From contig JBFMCO010000022.1 of NCBI GenBank assembly GCA_040754495.1, forward strand, positions 18,233 through 82,232: DNA of 64,000 bases, read 5' to 3'. The stretch is from Candidatus Micrarchaeota archaeon. GTDB lineage: Archaea > Micrarchaeota > Micrarchaeia > Anstonellales > Bilamarchaeaceae. Below the pieces are notes generated by a model. The model saw nothing but the letters and a program-made list of their open reading frames with translations, had not been told where the DNA came from and did no database searches. Shown here in pieces: positions 19,901 to 24,703 of this stretch. Positions within the stretch are counted from its first letter, which is position 1, and every line of letters begins with the position of its first letter. Made by a program: the position numbers and the translations under genes.

Positions 19901-22471
19901 GCGGCGGATGTCGCGCGCAGGGTGGATGAGCGGATGGGCTGGGAGAACGCCGGCCACATGAGGGCGCTTGAGCGGAGGTATCCGGACCTCGGCACCCTGC
20001 CTCCGCACATGCAGGAGTACAGGGAGCCCCTCGAGCGTGCGCGCAGGCGCATAGCGGGCGGCGAGAAGCCCGATGACGTTTACCTTGACGAGTCGAAGAG
20101 GATGCTGAGGGCTAATCCCCGGGAGAGGGCGAAGGCCGAGGACATAATCACGAGGCACGGGAGGGGCGTGGCAGACGCCGAGGTGTCCGCGGTCCTGGAG
20201 TTCCAGAAGAGAAACGGCATCGCGTCTTTCGAAGATGCGGCGTATGCATTCGTGAGACAGCAGGCCGCGCCGAAACCTCCAGCGGAACCGCTGCAGCCAT
20301 CCGAAGCCATTTACCGGAAGCATGAAGCGAATATTTTCGGCCCTGCCCGGGGGCAGCTTGGCAGCGAGCTCCTTGCCAGCCTGAGGGGCGCTGAGGAGAG
20401 GATAGCCGGCATGGTGCCTGAGGGGCCGGAGAGGGAGCGCGCGCTCAAAAGATGGGGCGAGTTTGCAGACCGGGCGCTCTCGCGCATCGCCGATCTCCCG
20501 GCACCCGAGCGCGCGGACGCGCTGGCGCGCTTCATGATAGCGGGCGACTATCTCCTCACAAGGGCGGCTGAGAACCCGGCGCGCACGAAGGCATGGCTCG
20601 ATTTCATCGCCGACAACCCGAACGCCGTCGAATACGCCATGCTCGCCAAACGAGGTCTCGACATAAGGGCGCAGGACATAGTCGTGGCCGAAATCCGCCC
20701 CAGCATCCATGACATGTCTGACAGGAAAGCGCTGAAGAAGGCCCTCGGGAAGAGGGTATCGTTCATGGAGGACGTGATACGCGAGATACCGGAAAGGTGG
20801 TTCATGGAGGCGGGGGTGAGGCGCGATTATATGATGGACCTTGCAGGTTCCGACCCGCTCAGGGCGGCGGCCGAGCTCGACCGCGTCACGATGCCGCACG
20901 GAATCAGTGTTGTGAGGAAGGCAACGGGCGTGTACCTCGCAGAGGTCTCGCACACGTTCTCGCTGCATGGCCAGCCGGACATCCGGGGCCTCGTAATAAC
21001 CGGCGCTTACGGGACGGGCGACATGTTCGACGGCATGACCGCGTATTTCAATCCCCTCAGCGGCAGGATTTTCATGCGCGGGACTGCCCATTTCGCGGAG
21101 GCCGGCATACCGGAATCCGCGCTTCCGGGCATGAAGATGACGTACGTGCATGAGATGCAGCACCTGCTCGACAACGCCGGCGGGTATGTCGCGGCACTCT
21201 CGGCCAGGTCTGCAGGGCGCGGAATGGCCTTCATGCCGGAATACCGCGCCAGGCTCGAGACCACGGCGGTCGCGAGAGAGGTCCTGGAGATGGTTCCCCG
21301 GCTGGGGGGCCGCGGGACCGAGGATGCCATCAACGCAGCCATCAGGAAGGACCCGGAGGAATACAAGCAGGCTTACAGGAAGGCGCTGGACGCCATGCGC
21401 ACAGGCGAGGACGGAAGGCCCGACCCGGACTGGGCGGGCAGGCCGCCCGAGGTTCTGCAGAACCGGCTGAGGAAGCTTATAGACGACGAATACCGGAGCC
21501 TTATGCCGCTGAGCTATACCGAGCTCTACGGGCCGACAACCGCAGGGATCGTCCGCGGGGAGATCACGGTCAGGAAGCCGGCCGCCCCCGAGGCCGTTCC
21601 CTTCAAGCCCGCCGTAGCCGCGGACTCGGCTCCGGGACGCGGGGAGCCGGACCTGCTGCGCTCTGCCAAGTATGAAAATGGAATCCTGACGATAGAGGCG
21701 GATTACCTGGGAGGCGAGCTTGCACATGCGGTGAAGCCGCAATTCGCCGAATCCGCGGTGAATGGCGAGTTCATCCCTTCCGGCGACAGGACAAAGCCGA
21801 GCGGCCTGTGGCTCTCGTGGGGCTCCGGCTGGGATTACTTCACAGGGAGCAACCCCGGCCTGATGTTCAAAGGCACCGTGAAGTTCAGGGCCGAGATGAG
21901 GTCCGGATTGAAGCTCTTCCTGCTTGACGGGCGCGAATCTTTCGATAGCATGATGGCCGAATTCCGGCGGGAAGTTAAGGTCGCCGAGACAACGGGGAGC
22001 GGGTATCCGGATGGCACCTGGCCTGATAACAACTGGGTGTACTACGAGAAGAGCCCATGGCAGTGGCTTAGGGAAAGGGGCTATGACGGCGTGGCCGTGA
22101 CGGAGGAGGGATATCTGGATACCAATTTCCAGTTCGGCTGGGACGCGGCCTCCATAGTCATTTTCGAGCCTGCGGGCAATGTGCGCCTGCCTGGAGGCGA
22201 AGCCAGGCTGGAGGAGTACAGGAAGGGTGCCCAGGGCAGCGCGGACGCCATGCTGCCCCTTATTGAAGAGGCAGGCCTGCCGTTATTCGGCCCGAATAAG
22301 GCGTATGACCTCATAGAGGCGTACGCCGGCGGCAGGGCTGAGCGCAGCCCGGGAAAGCGCATCGATGCCGAGGATGAGGCTTTCCTTAAAAAGCTCCTGG
22401 ACGAGAAACCGGGCCTTGAAGAGGCTGCGAAAAGGATTATCGAATACGTTAGAAAGAGGGAAGGGGGATAG
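1946..22471 (+). CDS. Giant multidomain protein (6,841 aa). N-terminal ~1,900 aa are Ala/Glu/Lys/Arg-rich and helical-looking. It also carries an internal hydrophobic helix cluster, three PI3K/PI4K-like kinase modules, one RIO/Bud32-like kinase module, a Pro/Gly-rich linker and a C-terminal HExxH segment
   Basis: A single uninterrupted 20,526-nt ORF, which cannot occur by chance even at 65% GC. Motifs were read directly from the translation (see the sub-features below). No N-terminal signal peptide. Confidence 0.85.
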   Translation: MGQKPAERQPEVRDEGVRVAQPQVPMVPREQPRGGANEAAANAATGLGVMGKFAAVLDFIIADPSRAEGRLAEFSRRLEPYRADYPEETRIALGLFGAASRMYREAQDARAHGDTQRAQELEDSARAHFREGMAKAGSVPGMAQDIHSLAGAGASPEWIESRKAAFNDVGLGTWNRAIAIDQAVEWRVKNDAIIDAGGPAAREAEARMRDEAVRLAEGSRQGQAFSEQDYQDTMRRFSEASAPVTALAAHIHGAAALFHQAAMRQGVSEQYTKAMEDLKKEFDKLLKKLEEGTATKEDVEKAKELADAVKAAETDLEGLSGDDAVTVSGIHARGLSALRQGKGEMARVQRQLAREYAKTKDPGMRKKLERWSADLAKGKAPEAELERWLEAQRPAEFRALTTENIKRETAERAGLLREKGYERSHPRETKRIAELDREAAKALEEAKALRKRGDLDGAGKLEAKAFRLLREARAKVLWLERLDRFQARLAGIKEPPEMKKAAEEVSKALGGAFNFIGTQDGWRARLAFIAADVFIRYGKVLQSKPAAPLLKGILSIVGILSDPRKKVDEKRAQEEVGRLEPKALSAELGGLKGKVDDKAHSKLTDAVKAASGFIGTNQQWRAAYLLRGVKFFLDNREKIGTRGKLFEGIMGFLGRLADPKGEIGEEEAKREFARITGIPAEAPAQAGGRREAALTVAGLKQAGEGFEKRLRAIPGHEEQVRSITETVKLAGEEFRAGNVKKAQELLALAEKKAAALEGVVEREKRIDASGAPEEAREKLKKAGLAAFNDLGKQSGGRFDTVVKATDLFLGGMERKLWLQPGGETAALKLLDFIGRLGEGALQGLEFDSQAAESELSDISAQAGELWKAMLGASITEWLRLIEGWRTMGGLGTANAKFLDDLAESYRALQKRLEEGAKAEDIEQEASALEARAEHAKKIGEELEERERAVAVFRGDVEDFKADTAAFRASERFKKYAADAEPYVKKAEEWEEKAATFMAEAEKLEGDAKAEMIKRAADAVKRSEELLGHAGKIIGLREAGASDEVVSAYRKAANSYIAVFEPAPPGLAGEAQIFPDDVLAYAAIVFSAADSYLFFRKHGRAEAEKRAERLVLGTTFASRIADAEAELRGLDGEMEYAEAIDSDTAARKQKLMDSATELRGDKRKVPKPREGSAEWYGQMALDALERGDFAVADLAVYRGMFEKVAPGGGRNYVPEDIERDISAVLRGEKVPAAGELDRYLTLIDSASLTAQADLLKRDNPVSGSAEERERKQRVHKLAEEIKRRADAHDFAGAERLLEMATVYTGLARDKKWKAFAGADRMEAALDAELAGGDHSGEFQAAVVYQKASEETASFRASLADWGAGLAENKKLVERGLLRVEQLVSEGKTEEAGALFGQLMLYAGAVRTFAAPKKRDVIPGFDPAYDSSKLGGMGLALDALIKGEAEVGGKKPEEVFSQSFLETQREYLNKRADAYLRLSEKMPVGAETVGQGLAEVRRRAAEGDFEGALRLLEMAGNYYGEAAPGKQAGWRYRDATRKGPGYERGRQDMLNAISMEIAAKDPADHDEALETFNSGSQRISVAKAAIERYEIVERNIYNALPTAVIDEWDHHGTIALRGEPTPENEEGPVLGRVSMEKIRRYESEHPDDTALGGGLSLKTLLTKMKKAAEEGDDEAFRKYEKAFFSRLYLVAGRILRREQLEENRQEVKKYIEVLEGFTAAITIDQLVPYGWLEGDDERLKKVTALEKQLKNNEISKAEFESKLNVILSERLQMIEQNKFTDKVPGPMRETVRQLAPRAKALLERARGLYGKLEKMDNNSSEFPLEEYKQVVKDLSALTEEYQTQRKISVAYSHIDQQLQMNKSYHEAIAGEGALASDYPDAYGRAVKFLGFSNGHFKKAQELLLKGEFKQAGAEFERGINRREWALMEADPNVLFGQANTYLGNLPISMLTGVPIIPESTTAMDEVSMIKHRPGWGVLKLAARGRGEDPYKYTYGWAKQQMENDQDVNLGNPARPDYVKDPQQSWAYYNYSPITEYGADFMGYEELGGRLWNSVLEGDGRKVQRYQKQMLVMEASVFYIPVDTFIDGINSKITYKDWQKRIHFQAMYNGDLAYDELFGDWGLMDARTGAKIAEGVGMFALSIATMGLGSVGFVVGGGKMLWDAIDGIQKDLAKYGEVTTMSWVNLGLTVVGLGASAAAGRLVKASQTAIEAAKLGDAAKFTTQVARAGRFATAARVVAYTDITVNVIGMVPQFYYGIKLMAEGKYAEGTQQLAFGAFSAFMAYHGGVQQLRGMRGLKTEIAKMGALREAHAKAPEVFASLSTPEGMFSFLQRVRARDPVSLVIYDNLPKPQRILFDGMLADRNVVSALKKNDIGLARGAFDSGLETFKQLSDLGGTRALTDAAHLGTQAGLEPFMRDLLIPESATGPQRTRRDAAYARLGEMKKRPETAEAAATIETLLKDKDVQKGNETGVLKIGWAADEIRSQQMQTINRYTDSVVSGEQARLGLYSSEGEAARANAKRIGDSYLAYARARSEGKPFDWDYHAKRMGMGPEDAKKLFAKLDAVPDARTVAGVISREGVRQAVRNRVALDGRAILGDTPLTELAGEGALFSRWGELTPEDLFGMALNRRERAAEELEGAGRETDGRLAAAKRERATALSREADALDAEVKRRQAPEEVLTPDSLRSGAKEKFGRAQRLRSEGRDEEAFALESEARRSIALAADLEKFGEYGIVRATPDGQFIHRDFPDRRFTRAELDDAAILVRAIRKRGVPTDKRLLAIYDALPKEVKKDYRGGEDALMKSVLDVIYSRRGQAAEAAAPVLRSEELPVPSDPALAAVAGMTVPGTNLRWGVIPPDQVLQWQAKVYEAYKAAYGKIGLIYDSPEAMFAKNPEVLVATDGEGRIVAFTILKKTAFGTKLSLVGAVPDIPEGRAAARAMIQGFPALEGAYITAPGAPAHLAIKAGVPVVPYDSARIIQGEVPAEAGSPGAYQNGEGKWVRQEAQRGDGPEGMAAISRMPGFADSELVKHAIAQDGVKPGAKPEELTWNDLVEQAVKMGELPDRPEVRQNAFAVPMVINGKPEIVVKVMFGKPPADALEVRSVLQSRGIGGQVAADAINLYKIFNGEQVPLEVASRYMDVTLHDQYTRIKQEKIASGMPETKADAEALVEVAKSMAPRAGEGGLEAGGPISQEGVELLRMAEGKLDLVEGLTGADVAKATLDWSQPRLEMLRILTVEGSPYRERFLAADPAERAVIADAIARGATPERAFLKAAEGMVPADGRKLLEVGERLKGLPEAERNLRLRDLESLNPALGRMLKRLADPATPETVKQEIAAEWDSAVAGAERHKRVNEARAARDAAQLAEQELALLKGTPDEQAAGRVPAWIESAAKARGKDPAALHEALVKAYGEGGTEGRLRVLNELGALGGMPEGVRSTFVQNSPEFFELIVRGGLEGRVAAMPGFEGGIIVNAEKLEGLRGAYKIDVEMPDGSKRSLFVKAEDLVPAQLGSELAGGHGLLPPVIHAADGQGMPFTYDTGIRYTDPVSGQETAHMQEFGIMEDVHDYATARHSDVIMLPDGRSAQVTVESVAVVSREVFADPARMQAILADEHHPAHKVVKAFWELAKTEEGRQRIFQAWRAYHELSRRAMLLDRFDRNTVAVLVTTPEGESVLTFQPIDMDYVAGKIGSDGDLRFFNDDFASASVDFATKIAGAAGVPAETVLGEMAKAYGSDSVFPREAADERAAAAASVRATLNKYDGKPFGAGYDVEDYGKTIGKDYVEYGGRDRIVGRRDGRAILHAGDITPLGERIGGAEAEADFSRFNREKFERMAKPLEEAAPPPAVEAQPPAGEKTPPGKRGAGNVTPPARPGAMRGAPAGGPRTVPGKRGAGGGEPVAAPGGRRKVAIGGGEVELEPAPERAPELAAMKISEDELSQLGVSYQGLYQDGAGRRLNVFETEAGGERRLVAIPADLSGKAMLDAIGAEVRALGRPTELPPELRGMPPDVSSQVGMDGAPKARLLSSEPLGRGSSADVYLAEMVIDGRPTRVAVKIYKNPEGNGTWQERAEYFADEVRKAKILGDAGLGPKVFGIADAGGNMAFAMEVIEGKPMYIDEMAPGLRAKYINEDTFAQVRKMYDELIAHGYEIGDFDFMILTEGPNAGRVVFLDAGALREVPRGAQGEPRPRYGDGAKRAEGGRLQAEAMTAMEYFTKMDRDELAAVAEVSKGLLGQGHVDSDTMRLLAVRWGSREGRARAIGEYITSIAGADEQKAKATFDALKRIEAETGIRLLPDGARFEDLAARAGEGEISEAEIIAPMSGDDYHAALAGMRTQAARESVALHFSGRGEIPDAATFENAAILADEAAGAKVPEQGQAELSVYYDGNGRIIGIADNERLFYGDPKAINDKTPEAKVRVDLESGRIVSMDERGMKNPLLADLVGLRILPGKGAEGAGPGGRGPPPLPPMKVLDEGSIVSAYASGTGQAQRTRAARSFVMLDGEGQGRVISELRSQGRHEEARHLTELQAIGGEAGAGIERVYGIPRDEIITIYAREPTAQGARKALAERLGIVILPFEWEHYPADRRQWVSVPYRDFRSFEDDHFLFGLITSGNMIDTVSQMYPGGRIASIEYHNGAIGAYEVAIRTQNGETRTVFVKRQDLRPDAAGSDYSVRSGVPAPEVITSAGGRELTYVGPDGEVSRYGIITNMRDFGGMMRFGGVEAQVRATDETALWDLDRSPLAGSLMSQDPQVRAKFWEELGYMLAGSYATGIWDRHAGNARAMVLEVQNADAHTNPADQSSPTVGEALSQKGYWVWQQDGKTYMFMIGGIDTDTAANYLAGEAHGSFDMTGMNIRYGYVDLHSLFNRLATIRGTSVDALVMEAFGDVSGGQVPGPVAMGMKRWWRDFGSDPHYADEMAGRFSSHEGESIGFGYPRTEQELDVIRQGGVLHQENPQNGDPYTIIAFADGRSRMRPEYEIVHREDIEALDPRIAAMFPPGRDMYAVEITGEVRKAVPDIDKRTNRIRTSDGRMVAIIDSADPLAKTLLDGGIPMVKARRDMPRQGEVAVDDATGIIRAAPGFGKLTGIQAYQAGPVPVFRAMMGAGEGFMLGQFAHIGHYILAKETSVREAAQVPAGVVAGEIEAPGIERMPAPAQVEGVRGGMRDLVGAVRSGDEGRIRAAEAEYDKRLGVLARLRPDTELRVVENETLFADLAPGGQAQAKVLAADYLRNRSAGKKLDGDLLVIDYLVSHGMNAVDAAAAVVNLGGAGKAPAPVTLPPYVAEHFGTRQPDPVTAENALILAGDRNTLGRLGIPDGLGRVLKSEGMAVVSEGKRMTEVRGYYDLESGRIIYLGRTDAPREVTAGGVEFVLRFDHESGRVSIPESEDVPLPDSIARLNGMRIAPPPQAVPFGVFGIFMPLFKYFRKPPAAAPQPEAVPIKVPRSRNDIQGRAEGIRGLPPDQQAQELAGLHDAVAAEHGDVYARNYRDMMEELVKHPEHSGRILDEWEAVRAEEKHYEALERARRYAFSAAEGFGIVRGQDRKLISGGEYAADMARSRGEKPKAFRKRLLEAYDAGFRRGGVLDARLGVANSLGVLDNIVVESRPGVLDEKRTMQARKEFIRKNPEFFDLIMRGGLEEVISANLGAGDVRIAGVSHAGGMARGAYGVEVLLPDGRRKRVFVKLEDLGPAAFGADLARVEGMIAPKVFTADSQGRPLSYDVSYKDPIGKRMVSGQRRFGIMLDVRDTVGQKARVRTADGRFREITVTSVALVGDDIFNARSLDGIPQPSRAAAEDFWTAMGSEGGREEMFRTWYAYQEMSRRATLSDRHTGNSMYVIGVTSDGETVRTFQPIDPDDIGAKVEARPEGMNFSEFNDFSALYTSNFVNGLYLASDNAASLGLLKSPINRAQASRAASSDAAMSGWRLPEDPGWVRSAAEFIIMDYDGKPFGLGTDMTIGGHGSYIKYHAGRRRAAGYDGRVRMYSDEMLAVYRGAQDPANAADVARRVDERMGWENAGHMRALERRYPDLGTLPPHMQEYREPLERARRRIAGGEKPDDVYLDESKRMLRANPRERAKAEDIITRHGRGVADAEVSAVLEFQKRNGIASFEDAAYAFVRQQAAPKPPAEPLQPSEAIYRKHEANIFGPARGQLGSELLASLRGAEERIAGMVPEGPERERALKRWGEFADRALSRIADLPAPERADALARFMIAGDYLLTRAAENPARTKAWLDFIADNPNAVEYAMLAKRGLDIRAQDIVVAEIRPSIHDMSDRKALKKALGKRVSFMEDVIREIPERWFMEAGVRRDYMMDLAGSDPLRAAAELDRVTMPHGISVVRKATGVYLAEVSHTFSLHGQPDIRGLVITGAYGTGDMFDGMTAYFNPLSGRIFMRGTAHFAEAGIPESALPGMKMTYVHEMQHLLDNAGGYVAALSARSAGRGMAFMPEYRARLETTAVAREVLEMVPRLGGRGTEDAINAAIRKDPEEYKQAYRKALDAMRTGEDGRPDPDWAGRPPEVLQNRLRKLIDDEYRSLMPLSYTELYGPTTAGIVRGEITVRKPAAPEAVPFKPAVAADSAPGRGEPDLLRSAKYENGILTIEADYLGGELAHAVKPQFAESAVNGEFIPSGDRTKPSGLWLSWGSGWDYFTGSNPGLMFKGTVKFRAEMRSGLKLFLLDGRESFDSMMAEFRREVKVAETTGSGYPDGTWPDNNWVYYEKSPWQWLRERGYDGVAVTEEGYLDTNFQFGWDAASIVIFEPAGNVRLPGGEARLEEYRKGAQGSADAMLPLIEEAGLPLFGPNKAYDLIEAYAGGRAERSPGKRIDAEDEAFLKKLLDEKPGLEEAAKRIIEYVRKREGG
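8320..8800 (+). other. Cluster of 2-4 predicted transmembrane or amphipathic helices inside the giant ORF (about aa 2126-2286)
   Basis: Hydrophobic, Gly-rich stretches: VGMFALSIATMGLGSVGFVVGGG, TTMSWVNLGLTVVGLGASAAAG, VVAYTDITVNVIGMVPQFYYGI and LAFGAFSAFMAYHGGV. Confidence 0.5.
12260..13080 (+). other. PI3K/PI4K-like module A (about aa 3439-3712); probably degenerate because the catalytic loop reads DRFDRN instead of DRHxxN
   Basis: Has SLFVKAEDL (compare IFKxGDDLRQD), LDRFDRNTVAVLV and FQPIDMDY. Shares the ~270-aa architecture of modules B and C, beginning PEFFELIVRGGLE. Confidence 0.55.
13440..13640 (+). other. Pro/Gly/Arg-rich low-complexity linker with repeated PGKRGAG units (about aa 3832-3899)
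   Basis: PPPAVEAQPPAGEKTPPGKRGAGNVTPPARPGAMRGAPAGGPRTVPGKRGAGGGEPVAAPGGRRK. Confidence 0.6.
13990..14450 (+). other. RIO/Bud32-like (ePK-fold) kinase module (about aa 4016-4169)
   Basis: Glycine-loop-like LGRGSSADVYLA, VAIK-like RVAVKIYK, catalytic-loop-like YEIGDFDFMIL and DFG-like VVFLDAG. Confidence 0.6.
15805..16520 (+). other. PI3K/PI4K-like module C (about aa 4621-4859) with an intact catalytic loop
   Basis: TVFVKRQDLRPD, GIWDRHAGNARAMVLEV and FMIGGIDTDTAANY. Confidence 0.65.
18781..19590 (+). other. PI3K/PI4K-like module B (about aa 5613-5882) with an intact catalytic loop
   Basis: NPEFFDLIMRGGLEE, RVFVKLEDLGP, LSDRHTGNSMYVIGV and FQPIDPDD. Collinear with modules A and C. Confidence 0.65.
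21060..21330 (+). other. HExxH-containing segment near the giant-ORF C-terminus (about aa 6403); a possible metallopeptidase-like module
   Basis: MTYVHEMQHLLDNAGGY. The same HExxH-x-LD pattern occurs in ORF 577..1545. Confidence 0.4.
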
Positions 22472-22489
22472 CTGCCGCTGGAAGGGGAC

Positions 22490-23032
22490 TCAGGGCACGG
22501 CCTGCCCGTTTATCACGAAGCTGAATTTCTGCCTCTCCTTCTCAAGCGCCTTCACGGTTTCCAGAGAGTCCTTCAGCATGCGCAGGAAAGGCTCCCAGGA
22601 GCCGCTGCCGGAATGGATGCTGCGGATGGCCTCGGAAACGACGACCTTCCTTTTCTTGTCCACGAAAGTGCAGTAGATGCTGCTTCCCCGGCGCCTGACA
22701 TCGATGCCGTATTCCGCGAAATCCTCCTCCGGCGGAAGTGTGGCGCCGAGCGCGAGCGCGGATGCGACGGATTCTATCCCCTTCCTCGGCTCGGACGAAT
22801 AGGACTGGACGCCGACGCCGTCCTTGAGATAAAGGCTGTCCGGAATCCTGAGGAGCGGCTCCAGCTCCCGGGGCATCCCGCCGGCGATTTCCGCGAGGGT
22901 GTCCATGAGGCGCTCTTTAGTTGCGCGGTCCCGCAGGAGCGGATCTGCCAGCATCTTCTGGAACCTTTTTTCGCCTATGTCCGTTACGGTTGCTCCGGCC
23001 GTTTTCTTTTTTCTCTTTCCTGCCATCGTCAC
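22490..23032 (-). CDS. Small hypothetical protein (180 aa); member of a three-paralog set with 24133..24663 and 23029..23577
   Basis: Basic N-terminus (MTMAGKRKKKTAG). The C-terminal half aligns with 24133..24663 (YGIDVRRRGSSIYCTFVDKKRKVVV..GSWEPFL versus YGIHISSRGDNTFCTLVDRKRGVVV..GSWTGFL). Its start overlaps the upstream stop by 4 nt. Confidence 0.6.
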   Translation of the reverse strand: MTMAGKRKKKTAGATVTDIGEKRFQKMLADPLLRDRATKERLMDTLAEIAGGMPRELEPLLRIPDSLYLKDGVGVQSYSSEPRKGIESVASALALGATLPPEEDFAEYGIDVRRRGSSIYCTFVDKKRKVVVSEAIRSIHSGSGSWEPFLRMLKDSLETVKALEKERQKFSFVINGQAVP

Positions 23033-23577
23033 ACCAGGTACATGTCGCCGCAGTCGCTGACCGCTACTCTCCCCGGCTTCGCCTTCGCGGCTGCCTCGGC
23101 GGCCCTTATCGCGCCAGCGACTTCCGCCCAGTCCTTTTTTTGCGGCTTGTCCATATAGCGCATGAGCGGCTCCCTCACCATTATCCTCCGGCCCATGTCC
23201 GCGAGCACGAGATAGACTGTGCTTGTCGTCTCATAGACGGCGATGCCGTATCCCATGTCGGGCTTCCGGTCCATATGGCCGGATGAAAGGAAACGCGCCA
23301 GGACAGCGTTTATCCCGAACCCGGCGTCATCCGAAAGCGTGATTGCATTACCGGCCTCGCGCCGGTAAAGGCGCGCGGGGAGCGCAAGCGCCGCCTTGAC
23401 ATCCTCGCTCCAGTTCTGCGCGTATCCTGCAAGGCCCGAAGCGGCGTCCTCCCGCGACACGGAGGCAGGTGGCGCAGCTTCTGCAAGATGGCCTTCAGTG
23501 GCGCCGGCCTTCGCGATGAACGGCTTTTCCGGCGGAGGCAGGGGCACTGGACCGCGGGCATCCCTTTTCTTTGGCAT
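23029..23577 (-). CDS. Small hypothetical protein (182 aa); a more distant paralog in the same set
   Basis: Basic N-terminus (MPKKRDARG). Shares LPARLYR and YGIAVYETTSTVYLVLAD motifs with its neighbours. Confidence 0.5.
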   Translation of the reverse strand: MPKKRDARGPVPLPPPEKPFIAKAGATEGHLAEAAPPASVSREDAASGLAGYAQNWSEDVKAALALPARLYRREAGNAITLSDDAGFGINAVLARFLSSGHMDRKPDMGYGIAVYETTSTVYLVLADMGRRIMVREPLMRYMDKPQKKDWAEVAGAIRAAEAAAKAKPGRVAVSDCGDMYLV

Positions 23578-23609
23578 GAGTAAAACTTGCGATGAACCGT
23601 TTAAAATGG

Positions 23610-24107
23610 CTAGGTCGCCTCGATGAGCCGCCAGTAGGTGTTGTTGTCGAGGATGTTCCTCGCCTTCGCGAGGTCGGCCGGGGGAATCTGCGCCCCCGTA
23701 TCCAGCGCCTTCTTCACCGAGCGCAGGAATGCGAGGTCGGCCCGGGCGGCGGTTATGCAGCCCTGGACGATGCGTTCTATCTTGCCCTTGGCTTCCTCCC
23801 GCGACGCCTCCCCGCTTTCCAAGGATACCTCGATTTTTGACGGGTCTGCCAGGCTCCTGAAAACCACGCCGGAGCCGCCAAGCTCGTCTTTCTTCCCTCC
23901 GGCCATGCCCCGGACGAAGCTCTCGACGCCCCTCCGGAGGACGCCTGCCCCGTTCTCCAGGTCCCGCTCGAGGTATTCGATTTTGCCATCAATCCCGCGG
24001 GCAAGGCCGGCCATCTCCAGGCCCTCGCCTTTTTCCGGGGCGGCGCCTCTTGACGGGAATTTTCCTGAATCGCGCTTTTTCGGGAAGGGAATCACCTTTC
24101 TCTCCAT
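23610..24107 (-). CDS. Small hypothetical protein (165 aa) in the same operon
   Basis: Co-directional and tightly spaced with its neighbours. Basic N-terminus (PFPKKRDSGKFP). Confidence 0.45.
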   Translation of the reverse strand: MERKVIPFPKKRDSGKFPSRGAAPEKGEGLEMAGLARGIDGKIEYLERDLENGAGVLRRGVESFVRGMAGGKKDELGGSGVVFRSLADPSKIEVSLESGEASREEAKGKIERIVQGCITAARADLAFLRSVKKALDTGAQIPPADLAKARNILDNNTYWRLIEAT

Positions 24108-24132
24108 GGGGGGTTATTGGCGAATCGGGATT

Positions 24133-24663
24133 TTAAATTGAGCTAACCGAGCCTTCTTTCACAATCACGAACTCGAAGCGCCTGCCGCTGCGCCTGTAGG
24201 ACTCGGCGAGCCTGAGCGCCTGGGAGAGGCTGTCCAGGAATCCGGTCCAGGAACCGGTGCTGACGTACATGTTCTTTATGTCGTCGAACACGACTACGCC
24301 CCGCTTCCGGTCCACCAGCGTGCAGAAGGTGTTGTCGCCCCGCGAGCTGATGTGTATGCCATAATCCGGAAGGCCGGGCGGGAACCCTGAGCCCAGCATG
24401 AGCGCCCCTGCGGCTTTCGCCGCGCCTTTCTCGGCATCAGATGAGAAGGACGATTCGCCGGTGCGGTAAAGCCTGGCAGGGATTCCAAGAAGGTGGGCCT
24501 GCTCGTCGCTCATCGGGACGATTCTCCGCAGCTGTCCGATGCACTCTTCCCGCGTTACTGAATTGGCGTCGGTCATATTGCGCCTCCTCCTCCACTCCGC
24601 AAGGTCCGTCATCCCCGACTCGCGCTCCGGCGCGCCGGAGGAGCGGCCCTTCCCGCCAAGCAT
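24133..24663 (-). CDS. Small hypothetical protein (176 aa); paralog of 22490..23032
   Basis: See the alignment quoted for 22490..23032. It also shares the IPARLYR motif. Confidence 0.6.
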   Translation of the reverse strand: MLGGKGRSSGAPERESGMTDLAEWRRRRNMTDANSVTREECIGQLRRIVPMSDEQAHLLGIPARLYRTGESSFSSDAEKGAAKAAGALMLGSGFPPGLPDYGIHISSRGDNTFCTLVDRKRGVVVFDDIKNMYVSTGSWTGFLDSLSQALRLAESYRRSGRRFEFVIVKEGSVSSI

Positions 24664-24703
24664 GCCATCTAACTCTTGCGAAGATATTTTAATGGGGCAC
24701 GGA

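Noticed and set aside
2197-21742. Dozens of long antisense or off-frame ORFs inside the giant gene, for example 3553..4620 (-), 4250..5944 (-), 10433..11248 (-), 11506..12534 (-), 17495..18457 (-) and 19667..21742 (-, 691 aa)
   Set aside because: Their translations are Arg/Pro/Gly/Ala/Ser-rich, which is typical of non-coding frames in 65% GC DNA. They are fully nested in an uninterrupted 20.5-kb sense ORF with recognisable motifs.
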